Shown in pieces: positions 7,909 to 16,742 of a stretch of DNA of 17,380 bases. The notes under the pieces were generated by a model that ran no database searches, was not told the DNA's origin, and was given only the letters and a program-made list of their open reading frames with translations. The stretch comes from Candidatus Heimdallarchaeota archaeon (lineage in GTDB: Archaea > Asgardarchaeota > Heimdallarchaeia > JABLTI01): NCBI GenBank assembly GCA_019056785.1, contig DXJV01000066.1, forward strand, positions 1 through 17,380, given 5' to 3'. Position 1 is the first letter of the stretch. Each line of letters starts with the position of its first letter. The translations under genes were made by a program, and so were the position numbers.

Positions 7909-8496
7909 TTAACTTTTCTTTTCTGTAATGATGTTGTTAAATGCTTTTACCCAATAGGCTTCTTCTTTGGCCGTTCGAACGGTGAATGCTAACCCTGTAA
8001 CTGTTGCTGCAAAAGCAATTGGGAAAAGAATCATTAGCGCATCACTTGTCCAGGCAGGATTCACAAAAAGATGATGAAAGACGAGCCCAAAGCCCGTTGC
8101 TGCAATCCCCCAAAGTAAGAAGGCTGTAATCGCAAAGCCAACAAATTTTAAGGGGGCAATACAATTCAACCGTACACTTTCATCAATTGTTTCTTTATCT
8201 CTTTTCTTTGCTGGGGGTGCGCGAGATGGTCCAAACCCACTTATATACTCATTCAATAATTTATAACGTTGGTAGAATGCAATAGGCGCTCCAATACAAG
8301 TTAAGAGGAGAAGAAAATAGAGCACAGGAGAGTTTTTTGGCCGGGGCACTCCTTCTGGAGTGGGGTGTTTATCTAATTGATTTAATTTTATAAAACAAAT
8401 GAGGTTATAGATGGGTATCCAAGTTGTCACCGTAACAAACGAAAGTATCAAGTGTGTTCTGAATTTGATTGGTTTGATTTCAAGATTTTCTGGCAA
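7909..8496 (-). CDS. Hypothetical membrane protein (about 4 TM; repeated DUF4234-like units)
   Basis: Four hydrophobic segments. AGGAG upstream of the TTG start. Confidence 0.7.
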   Translation of the reverse strand: MPENLEIKPIKFRTHLILSFVTVTTWIPIYNLICFIKLNQLDKHPTPEGVPRPKNSPVLYFLLLLTCIGAPIAFYQRYKLLNEYISGFGPSRAPPAKKRDKETIDESVRLNCIAPLKFVGFAITAFLLWGIAATGFGLVFHHLFVNPAWTSDALMILFPIAFAATVTGLAFTVRTAKEEAYWVKAFNNIITEKKS

Positions 8497-8705
8497 AATA
8501 TTTCGTTCTCCTGTTCTTACAGTTTTCTGTTTTTTGACAAATTATCTGTTAACAACTCAAATTAATAATTGATAAATATTTTTCTGCTGGTATTTATTTA
8601 AAAAAACTAATCTTTCCTTCTTTTGCGAATTATAAATTAAGACAATAAATATTTTAGTTAAAAACAAATAGTATTAATTACTTTACTACTGGCGGTAAAT
8701 GGATA

Positions 8706-9197
8706 GTGCAATATAGGCAATATCTCAAAAAACGAAAAAAAGAGCCTAAAACATGGCAGTTAGCTGCACGAGAGCGTTTTTACAAGCGTAATTTCATTAT
8801 TTTTGAAATTGGCTATATCCTTGTGGCGATTCCTGTGTTAGTTGTTGCCTTAATTTCTATACCAGTGTTAATGTATTATGCCATCAAGCAGCATTTCTAT
8901 CTTTGGACTATAGTAGCAACATTAGTATTGATTGTCTTTTTCCAGATTTACGGTTTTCAATTCTTTATACGAAAGTACTATCTTTCACCAAATAATATGA
9001 CACTTGGGGAATATCTGAGAATGCACTATGAAATTCGACTTCGAAAACGGAAAAACAAGAATAAGAAACCTGAAAAACAAACAACTTGGTATGACAATTT
9101 GGACGAATTCATCCTTTGTATAAAAACAAAGCAACGAGAACAAACCATGCGTTTGTATGCATTACAGTATAAGAATCTGGATCTTTCCATGGAATAA
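8706..9197 (+). CDS. Hypothetical 2-TM membrane protein with basic flanks
   Basis: Two long hydrophobic segments flanked by KKRKK and RKRKNKNKK. Pyrimidine/T tract downstream. Confidence 0.7.
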   Translation: MQYRQYLKKRKKEPKTWQLAARERFYKRNFIIFEIGYILVAIPVLVVALISIPVLMYYAIKQHFYLWTIVATLVLIVFFQIYGFQFFIRKYYLSPNNMTLGEYLRMHYEIRLRKRKNKNKKPEKQTTWYDNLDEFILCIKTKQREQTMRLYALQYKNLDLSME

Positions 9198-9333
9198 CTC
9201 GCCCAAAACTCTTTCTTCTTCCATCGCTTTTTTTGTTTTGATTAAAGTTCATTTTCAATTCCTCTTATCACTTTTCACGAGTAACTTTCAAAGCTTCAAT
9301 ATGCAAAGGAGTTAAAATTAAAAAAAGAGAAAT

Positions 9334-10311
9334 TTATTTCTTAATAACACCATCTTCAAAGGTGAGCCCCGCTTTCTGGGCAGCCTGTTCAAAGAGTGTT
9401 GTAAATGTTTTAATGCGATAGTCTTCGGTATCGGGGACCCAGGGATTGAACAAATAAATGATATATATTAATCCTCGAAGGAATTTTTCTCTTAGCGTTT
9501 TATCTTTTTCACTTCTAAAAACGATTTTCTCTTCTTCACGTTTTTCAAATACCTTGCAGTCTTTAAGCTTCAATTGTTTTGTTTGTGAGTTGCTAAAATA
9601 TTCCTCAAGATCTCGTTGTATTTCTTTTAATTTGCCATAATAAAACATCTGTGAAAAGAAAGAGGAGAATTTTTCATTTTTTCGAAGAAAATGCAATAAT
9701 ACCGTTGCTATTGGCCCTGAAACGATTGCTCCGCCCCAAAATCCTAGAAAGATCCCTCCAAAAACGCCTCCACCAAATGGGTCAAGTAAGAGTGCAAAGA
9801 TTGAGCCAAACATTGCTCCAAGAGTAACGCCAATCCAGCCACCAAAAATGGTTCGGAAAATTATATCTTTCACCTTAATGAAGAAATTTCCGTAAACAAG
9901 TCCTCCTGCGAGATAACCAGCAAAGCCACCAGAAATGGCCCCATAAACAATGGGATAGAAATTTGATGTAAATTGTAAGTCGCTAAAAATAGCGAAGAGC
10001 ATGATAAGAATAAAGGGAAACATATTGAAGATTCTGGCATTAAACATTTGCTCTGCTGGATTTCTTCTCCGAGCGTCTAGAAATGCAATGCCAAGAAAAA
10101 TTAGTTCTAAAAAGACTCCTACAAGAGCAATCACCCAATTTTTGTATGTAATGGTTGGGGTGATAATCCGGTGTAAAACCATTAAAGAAAGCACTACGCC
10201 ATTTAACAAAGTTAAACTAGTGACATCTACAATAAACGCAAAAGTCGTCCATCGGTAGTCTTTGGTTAAAATGGTTGGCTTTCTTGCATTGGTGGCGGTT
10301 TCAGAACTCAT
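9334..10311 (-). CDS. Hypothetical polytopic membrane protein with glycine-zipper helices
   Basis: Multiple TMs with GxxxG repeats. ATG 10311 (MSSETA) is preferred because the track's 10422 start overlaps the upstream gene. Confidence 0.75.
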   Translation of the reverse strand: MSSETATNARKPTILTKDYRWTTFAFIVDVTSLTLLNGVVLSLMVLHRIITPTITYKNWVIALVGVFLELIFLGIAFLDARRRNPAEQMFNARIFNMFPFILIMLFAIFSDLQFTSNFYPIVYGAISGGFAGYLAGGLVYGNFFIKVKDIIFRTIFGGWIGVTLGAMFGSIFALLLDPFGGGVFGGIFLGFWGGAIVSGPIATVLLHFLRKNEKFSSFFSQMFYYGKLKEIQRDLEEYFSNSQTKQLKLKDCKVFEKREEEKIVFRSEKDKTLREKFLRGLIYIIYLFNPWVPDTEDYRIKTFTTLFEQAAQKAGLTFEDGVIKK

Positions 10312-10378
10312 GATAATCTCTCTAATGTTTTCCAGTCTGTTCTTAAATCTTTTTTCATTTATTTTTGAAGTTTCGTTT

Positions 10379-11809
10379 TCATTGCAAACTATAGTGGTGT
10401 AAGAACAAATGATAATGATCAACAGGCATAAGATTACCTGCAGCTCTATCCACCACCTCGTTTAATGCCGGATGAATGTGCATTCCTATTCTTAGTGGGA
10501 GGATACTCCTGTCATGGGTGTACATCAAATTAATGACCTCCTGGATTAGCACCGAGGCTGAAGGGCCAATAATATGCGCTCCGAGAATTTCTGATGTTTC
10601 TTGATGCAGAATTAACTTCACAAAAAAGTCTTTTGCGGCCATTGCAATGCCTTTTGCGGTATCTTCAAATCTCTGGAAACCGATCAGGATGTTATCTTTC
10701 CCGAATTTTTCGACAGCTTCGTTTTCAGTCATTCCAACAGCGGCAATTTCAGGTTCCGTAAAGACCGCGTGGGGAACTGCATGGTAATCCACTTTTTCTC
10801 GCGCATTTTTAAAGGCGTTATAATAAACAATAATACTTTCATAGTTTGCAACATGTTTAAACAGATATTTGCCGGTTGCATCTCCGAAAGCCCAAATGTT
10901 TGGTTGAGAGGTTTCTAAAAAGTCGTTTACTTTTATCCAGCCATGCTCGTCAGTTTCAATGCCTGCTTTTTCCGGGTGTAAAATGTCGGAATTTGAACTC
11001 CTACCGGTAGCGACTAAAATTTCGTCGGCAACAACTTCGATAGTTTCTTTTGATGCTTTCTCAACAGCAATGACTTTTATCTTCCCCGTTGCTTCTTTTC
11101 TCACTTCCTGTACTTCTGCTCCGGTGATAATTTTCATGTGTTTTTCTAATTTTCTTTTTGCAAGGTTTGATACCTCGGGTTCTTCTTGTGGGAGAAATTG
11201 TGGGTTCCTTCCGAGAATCGTTACTTCTGATCCCATCGCTGAAAAGAAGTGCCCATATTCTGCTGCGATATACCCACCGCCGATAATGCAGAAGGTTTTT
11301 GGTAATGTGCTAATTTCGAGAATAGAGTCACTTGTATGATAATTTACCTTGTCTAACCCCTTTATGGGTGGAATTTTTGGTTTCGAACCAGTACAAAGTA
11401 AAATCATTTTACCTTTAATTTTCTCTTTTCCAACCTTTAGTGTATAGGGGGCAATAAATTCTGCAATAGCCTGATAGTAATCCAATTCTTTTGCATTAGA
11501 GAGCCCCTCTTCAATGTTTTTAATATCATGCCCAATGATGTCACGCATGCGTTCCATAATTTTTTTGAATCCAATGTCTTTGATCTCAATATTGATACCA
11601 AATAGTTTTGCCCGCTCAACGATCCTAATAATTTCTGCCGGGTAAAGTAAAATTTTCGTGGGAATGCATCCTTTTGTTAAACAAATCCCTCCCGGCCGGT
11701 CCTTGTCAATTACAGCGATTTTTAAATCGGGTTGACTGCCAGTAACAGCACTAATAATGTTCATCGCTGAACCTGTACCAATTGCAATAATATCATATTC
11801 TTTCAACAA
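10379..11809 (-). CDS. Class-I pyridine nucleotide-disulfide oxidoreductase (dihydrolipoamide dehydrogenase / mycothione reductase-like)
   Basis: IGTGSA FAD loop, GGICLTKGCIPTK redox disulfide, GGGYIAAE, TSQPNIWAFGD, and the HIHPALNE His-Glu dyad. Confidence 0.92.
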   Translation of the reverse strand: MLKEYDIIAIGTGSAMNIISAVTGSQPDLKIAVIDKDRPGGICLTKGCIPTKILLYPAEIIRIVERAKLFGINIEIKDIGFKKIMERMRDIIGHDIKNIEEGLSNAKELDYYQAIAEFIAPYTLKVGKEKIKGKMILLCTGSKPKIPPIKGLDKVNYHTSDSILEISTLPKTFCIIGGGYIAAEYGHFFSAMGSEVTILGRNPQFLPQEEPEVSNLAKRKLEKHMKIITGAEVQEVRKEATGKIKVIAVEKASKETIEVVADEILVATGRSSNSDILHPEKAGIETDEHGWIKVNDFLETSQPNIWAFGDATGKYLFKHVANYESIIVYYNAFKNAREKVDYHAVPHAVFTEPEIAAVGMTENEAVEKFGKDNILIGFQRFEDTAKGIAMAAKDFFVKLILHQETSEILGAHIIGPSASVLIQEVINLMYTHDRSILPLRIGMHIHPALNEVVDRAAGNLMPVDHYHLFLHHYSLQ

Positions 11810-12173
11810 AAATCATCTCTTTGTTAATTTATCTACAATTAGTTTTAAGTATTAAGGATTATAAAATGATGGATTTCTAATGTATTTATTTGGAAATTAT
11901 CAAAATAGTTTATGTTAAACAATAAATTTTGCAGTCATTAATTTCTTGTAAAGGGTTCTAAAAAAGCGTTCTACCTGATGCTACGGAGACATGGATTGAA
12001 TAGTTTTTGTCCTTAAGATGATGTTGTTAGAATTGTATCTCTTCAATGATTTTTTTGTTTGTTAGTTACCTCCTACTTCTCATGGATGACTTGAATTTGC
12101 TTGGGAAAATTTATCAGTAAGTTAAATTAACTTAGTCTAAAAAGAAATGGGTGCAATTCAAACAATAATCAAC

Positions 12174-13376
12174 CTACGTATTTTTTCCCTTTAGTTTTCT
12201 CAAGAAATTTTTTGGAGAAAACTTTTGAAGAATTATTTTTGACATATTTTGTAATTGAATTGCAAACGGTTTCGGGTCGTCAAGTAAAGCAATATCTGTG
12301 CTATATGCATATCCTAGAAGTCTTAAATACTTGAAAAGAACTTTTAGAGGGTATTTCGAATTTAATGCTGTGTTCATTCCCATTGGGATTGGCCAGCCAA
12401 ACGGTTTGTTGTTCAAAAACCTGAAATGTGGTTTAGTATCGCCATTCACTGCTAATTCATAAAGCATATGGGGAAAATTCATCCCCGCTGATATGGCACA
12501 TTCTGTTGTCCCCCAAAATTTGGGATTAACTTCAATTATTTTCGCCACACCATTTTTATCTCTTTTAAATTCCGCCATCCCCACTCCATGCCACTTGAAA
12601 GCCTTCAGCAATTTGATTGCATTTTGAATGACTTTTGGTTCAAAAACAGTTCGATTCAATGCTCCTGACCCTCCGGAAACAGGAAAGGTTAACTCGCGTC
12701 GTTGTGAAACCACCCCCCTTGGTTCTCCCTTATTGAAAATAAAGACAACATCTATTATCTCTCCTGGGAGATACTCTTGAATCAAAGGTTGGCTGCGATC
12801 GATTATCCCTGTTTTGTCATCTTTTCCTTGTTTTGTGAATTCCTTCCAAATAGTGAGTGCTTCATCTTTCGACTTTGCATATCGTACTTGCCGAGTAGAG
12901 CTCCCCTTTCTTGCCTTAATTACGACCGGAAATTGGAACTTTTTTAATCCCTTTTTTAACTCTTGAATGTTTTTTGGTGCTATTGTTAATGGTGCAGGGA
13001 TGTTATTTTTTACAGCCATTCTATTTACTTCTTCTTTATTATGCACCCGTTGAAAGACATCATATGTGGCAAGCGGTACTTTTGTGAATTTTTCGAGTTT
13101 CTCCTTTTCTTGGGAAATAAGTGTACAAGGGCCGATCCCTACAGGCATGAGCACCTCAATTTCATTTCTTTTTACAATGGCCAAAATTTCTTTTTTAAAT
13201 TGCTCTGGCTTTCTTTGTGGGTGTGAATAGACAAAATGCTTTTCACTATATTTCGAATAAAATGTTTGCGCCGTATTTTTCTTCCCAGCAGTATAAACAG
13301 TGAGCCCTTTTCGGCCCAATGCCCTTGTTATTGCAAGAGCATTTTTGTATTCGGCATCTGTAATGAGAACGGTCAT
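12174..13376 (-). CDS. ATP-grasp carboxylate-amine ligase (COG3919-like)
   Basis: NALAITRALGRKG, FPVVIKAR, LIQEYLPG, AEFKRD and IIEVNPKFWG. ATG 13376 has GGTG 6 nt upstream (alternative start GTG 13385). Confidence 0.88.
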   Translation of the reverse strand: MTVLITDAEYKNALAITRALGRKGLTVYTAGKKNTAQTFYSKYSEKHFVYSHPQRKPEQFKKEILAIVKRNEIEVLMPVGIGPCTLISQEKEKLEKFTKVPLATYDVFQRVHNKEEVNRMAVKNNIPAPLTIAPKNIQELKKGLKKFQFPVVIKARKGSSTRQVRYAKSKDEALTIWKEFTKQGKDDKTGIIDRSQPLIQEYLPGEIIDVVFIFNKGEPRGVVSQRRELTFPVSGGSGALNRTVFEPKVIQNAIKLLKAFKWHGVGMAEFKRDKNGVAKIIEVNPKFWGTTECAISAGMNFPHMLYELAVNGDTKPHFRFLNNKPFGWPIPMGMNTALNSKYPLKVLFKYLRLLGYAYSTDIALLDDPKPFAIQLQNMSKIILQKFSPKNFLRKLKGKNT

Positions 13377-13406
13377 TCTTTTCACCAGGATTTTTCCTTC
13401 ACATAT

Positions 13407-14240
13407 TTATTTTATAAAATGTCTGATTTTTTGTTTTAAGTAGTTCTTCGAAAGGAATTCGCTGATCTCTTTGTCTGCTTCGAATTGTTGTTGGGGTGTT
13501 TCCAAGTATCCTGCAATAAGCCGAATGGCTTGTTTGGCCCCAAATCTCTTTATTCCTCGGACTGCTCGGCCAAGAACAACAAGGAACGGATAGCCAATTG
13601 CTCGAAGCATTCTTCCATAACGAATCATGTCAATATTGGAACTGCTAACTCTTTGAGAATGATAACCAATGTCTGTATAACCTTTAACTTCGTAACCAAG
13701 CATTTGTGCCTTAAAGATGATCCCACTCTCCCAGAGAAAAGAGGGAAAGGGATATTTTGCTCCATAGAGCTCCCAGAATTGCTTTTTAATGATCCGTCCT
13801 GCCCCGCGAGCATGATCGCGGTTGATTTCCTCTCCATGTTGACATCCGGAAGCGATGACTACTCTCTCGTTTTTCTCGAGACGTTTTACAATTGTTTCAA
13901 TATATTTTCGGTCATAAATACAATCTGCTCCTGAAATCATTATATAATCATAATCAATTTTCTTTTGCTGAATGTACTCAAAACCAATGTTAAAAGGAAG
14001 CGCCATTAGGGGGGTTCCTAATAAGCTAGGGGCCCCAACCCGTTCTTTTCGTTCTAACAATACAACTTTTTTCTCTTTAAATTGGCGGACTACTTTTACG
14101 GTTTGGTCTGTGCTCCCATCATCCACAATTATGATTTTTTCGGGTGGGAGGGTTTGGGTTAGCAAGCTTGTAATGGTATCGGCAATATATTTTTCCTCAT
14201 TTCGTGCTGAAATTACAACTAATACTTTTTGCTTGCTCAT
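13407..14240 (-). CDS. Glycosyltransferase family 2
   Basis: VVISARNEEKYI and IIVDDGSTDQT GT-A motifs. Short gap to the ATP-grasp gene suggests an operon. Confidence 0.9.
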   Translation of the reverse strand: MSKQKVLVVISARNEEKYIADTITSLLTQTLPPEKIIIVDDGSTDQTVKVVRQFKEKKVVLLERKERVGAPSLLGTPLMALPFNIGFEYIQQKKIDYDYIMISGADCIYDRKYIETIVKRLEKNERVVIASGCQHGEEINRDHARGAGRIIKKQFWELYGAKYPFPSFLWESGIIFKAQMLGYEVKGYTDIGYHSQRVSSSNIDMIRYGRMLRAIGYPFLVVLGRAVRGIKRFGAKQAIRLIAGYLETPQQQFEADKEISEFLSKNYLKQKIRHFIK

Positions 14241-14419
14241 ATTTTGGCATCCATTTTAACTATCTTTTTTTATTATTAGTGAATGATTTATTGGATTTTT
14301 AATAATCTTTTCCTTTCTTATTGTTAATCTTCCTTTTTGTTTTGTTATTTGTTTTTCTTTTTTTGTCTGTGGTTCTTTGCTGCTTTCTTTTTTCACTGCA
14401 CTTGCTAGCGGCGGGTTTT

Positions 14420-14485
14420 TTCCTAATATGGTGGTTAGTATGAGTATTTATTCCGAATAAGGTAGTTTGTTTTCCCAATTAGGAA
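14420..14485. promoter_or_regulatory. Three phased imperfect palindromic operator-like sites TTCC-N6-GGWR
   Basis: TTCCtaatatGGTG (14420), TTCCgaataaGGTA (14451), TTCCcaattaGGAA (14472). Spacings are 31 and 21 bp. Confidence 0.55.
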
Positions 14486-14500
14486 AAATATTTTTATATC
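14483..14500 (+). promoter_or_regulatory. BRE/TATA-like archaeal promoter of the ABC operon
   Basis: Purine run gaaaaa followed by tttttatat, about 40 nt upstream of ATG 14536. Confidence 0.5.
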
Positions 14501-14535
14501 AGTAAAAAAGAGAAGATACTAGTAGGTTGATAATC

Positions 14536-15699
14536 ATGAAAGCATCAACAAAACTATTGACATATGCTATCATAGCACTCGTCCTTGGCATTGGAGGCGG
14601 AATTGGCATCGGATTTTTAATCCAACCAAAAAGCTCGCAGACATATGACTTGCGCTATGGTGGTCAATACTATCCAGGTGAGTTCCTGCTAAAAGGAATG
14701 CCAGAATTTTGGACTAAATATGGATTAAATGTTGACCACAGGATTTTCGCTTCCGGCGGAGAAAATAACAATGCTATGATTGCAGGAGAAGTTGACATCA
14801 ACTGTGGATCAGACAGTAAAACTGTAGGATTATTTAGTTCGATTGATAATGCACTTATTATTGGGACCATTCAGAGAGGAGATCGCTATTCAACGATCGT
14901 AACGGATATAGCTACATACTCTTCATGGTTCGATTTAGTTGGCGAGACTGTTGCCTTGCCATTTGGTACAGGCGCTGAACAAGTAGTAGGGCGTTATTTT
15001 GATACTGAACCAACACTTGATTGGGACAATTTTACCTGGTTAGACTTACCGGTTACTCAATTAGTTTCAGCACTTGACTCTGGGCAAATTAAAGCATTCA
15101 CCGCTTGGGAACATACCCCATCTGTAGCAGTGAGTCAAGGTGTAGGTGAAGTTATGATGAGTTATGGTTCCTATGCCATGACCCCAGCATCATTACATAC
15201 CACTACAGACTTTGCTTATGCCAACCCGCAGAAAATTATCGCCTTTTTAGCTGGACATTTTGAAAAATATAATATGATTATATCCAATAAGACAGGTGCA
15301 GCAAAGGTTGCATCTCAAGCAGCAGCAACATTAAGTGTAAATATCAGTGCAGCCGCTTATGAATTGATCTTCGACAAAATTAACTTCCAGATTGACTTCA
15401 ATGAAACAGTAATTGCTGCAATAAACAATACCGCAAGCTTTCTCTACAGCAAAGGAAAAATCAATTCGATCCCAGAGTTAGTTTGGGATACACGTTTCGT
15501 CGAAGCCGCAAAAGAGCTCTATGAGAATTATGGCACACCTTCTACTGGCTTTTCCGCTAAAGCCTTCCAAGAAGGGTTAATCAAGGTCACAGAGAAATAC
15601 TTCTGTGTCGAGTCTTATCAAACACTAGCTTTAGGGCTATTCAGCTGCACATTTGGCAGCATCATTGTTTTAACTGCTCGAAGGAAACTACGATCCTAG
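14536..15699 (+). CDS. ABC transporter substrate-binding protein, NitT/TauT (SsuA/TauA/NMT1-like) family
   Basis: FASGGENNNAMIAGEVD, DLVGETVALPFGTGA, ALDSGQIKAFTAWE. Hydrophobic segments at both termini. Adjacent to two TauC-type permeases. Confidence 0.87.
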   Translation: MKASTKLLTYAIIALVLGIGGGIGIGFLIQPKSSQTYDLRYGGQYYPGEFLLKGMPEFWTKYGLNVDHRIFASGGENNNAMIAGEVDINCGSDSKTVGLFSSIDNALIIGTIQRGDRYSTIVTDIATYSSWFDLVGETVALPFGTGAEQVVGRYFDTEPTLDWDNFTWLDLPVTQLVSALDSGQIKAFTAWEHTPSVAVSQGVGEVMMSYGSYAMTPASLHTTTDFAYANPQKIIAFLAGHFEKYNMIISNKTGAAKVASQAAATLSVNISAAAYELIFDKINFQIDFNETVIAAINNTASFLYSKGKINSIPELVWDTRFVEAAKELYENYGTPSTGFSAKAFQEGLIKVTEKYFCVESYQTLALGLFSCTFGSIIVLTARRKLRS

Positions 15700-15732
15700 A
15701 AAAGATTGAAGCTAAAGCTTCAATCTTTTCTA
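15697..15732. repeat. Perfect 17-bp inverted repeat (stem-loop) starting at the SBP stop codon
   Basis: tagaaaagattgaagct-aa-agcttcaatcttttcta; the arms are exact reverse complements. Confidence 0.9.
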
Positions 15733-15794
15733 AATTTTCCACAATTTTTAAGAACAGCAATGTCATAGGTGTGTTGACTCTGAGGTAAGAAATT

Positions 15795-16742
15795 TTGACG
15801 GTTCAAAAACCCCCTGTAAAAGAAGAAGGTTTGACAGAAGAAAACACTAGTCGCCCTAATCGTTTTCTCCTTTTCTGGGAATATTCAAAGAAAGACTTAA
15901 TGTCAGTAGTTTATACCATTCTTGCCGTGGGGCTTTTTCTATCCATTTGGGAGCTTCTGGGCTATTATAATGTATTGAAGGAACCACAATTCTTTCGCCC
16001 CTCAGTAATTTTCGCACAGACGTGGGTCCTTACTAAGAGTGGCGAGATATTTATTCATATTTTCTCCAGTCTTGCACGATTATTGATCTCCTTTTCTCTG
16101 GCAGCGATTTTCGGGCTCTTAATCGGCTTATTAATGGGGCGTTATAAAGCTGTGAAAGCCTTTTTTGATCCTCTTGTTACCTTCTTTATTCCCATTCCAG
16201 GTATTGCTTGGGCTCCCTTGATTTTTGTCTGGGTGGGAGTTGAACCACTTTTCTCTCGTTGGGGGCTTATTGATTCTACAAGTTGGTGGTGGAAGTTTGG
16301 CTTGGGAAATCCGGTACTTATTATTATTGGTACCATTGCAGGCATTTTTCCTGTCATTCAAAATATCAATATGGCAGTTCGAACTGCCGATAAGAAATTG
16401 ATTTGGGCTGCTCAAACAATGGGGGCAAGCAACAATTACATTTTCCGCAAAGTTCTGCTTCCAAATTCTTTACCCTTCTTATTTACCGGTTTTAAATTAG
16501 GACTTGCGCGAAGTTGGCGAACGATTATTGCAACTGAGTTTCTTTCTGCTGCCATGGAAGGACTTGGTTATTTCATATTCTTTAATCGTACTTTAGAAAC
16601 ACGCTTGACAAGAATAAACATTTATGTTGGGATTTTTGTCTTATCTGTTGTTTTCTACGTGATTGAGCTTGGATTGAAATATCTCGAGCGAATAACCATC
16701 GAGAAGTATGGGATGGTTCGAAAGGGTGGTGAATCACTTTGA
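15795..16742 (+). CDS. ABC transporter permease, NitT/TauT (SsuC/TauC-like)
   Basis: HIFSSLARL, GLLIGLLMG, PIPGIAWAPL, the EAA-loop equivalent AAQTMGAS, and WRTIIATE. GAGGT upstream of the TTG. Confidence 0.92.
   Translation: MTVQKPPVKEEGLTEENTSRPNRFLLFWEYSKKDLMSVVYTILAVGLFLSIWELLGYYNVLKEPQFFRPSVIFAQTWVLTKSGEIFIHIFSSLARLLISFSLAAIFGLLIGLLMGRYKAVKAFFDPLVTFFIPIPGIAWAPLIFVWVGVEPLFSRWGLIDSTSWWWKFGLGNPVLIIIGTIAGIFPVIQNINMAVRTADKKLIWAAQTMGASNNYIFRKVLLPNSLPFLFTGFKLGLARSWRTIIATEFLSAAMEGLGYFIFFNRTLETRLTRINIYVGIFVLSVVFYVIELGLKYLERITIEKYGMVRKGGESL

Noticed and set aside
14420-14485. NrpR operator or CRISPR-like repeats
   Set aside because: The half-site order is the reverse of NrpR's GGAA-N6-TTCC. The repeats are short, degenerate and too closely spaced for CRISPR, and there are no cas genes.
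14245-14526. Riboswitch (e.g. TPP) upstream of the NMT1/TauA-like SBP
   Set aside because: No TPP core motifs are visible, the region is largely T-rich low complexity, and the promoter position implies a very short leader.
9458-14870. ORFs 9458, 10001, 10959, 11437, 13041, 13236, 13485, 13625, 13972, 14670
   Set aside because: Shadow or alternate-frame ORFs inside confident genes.
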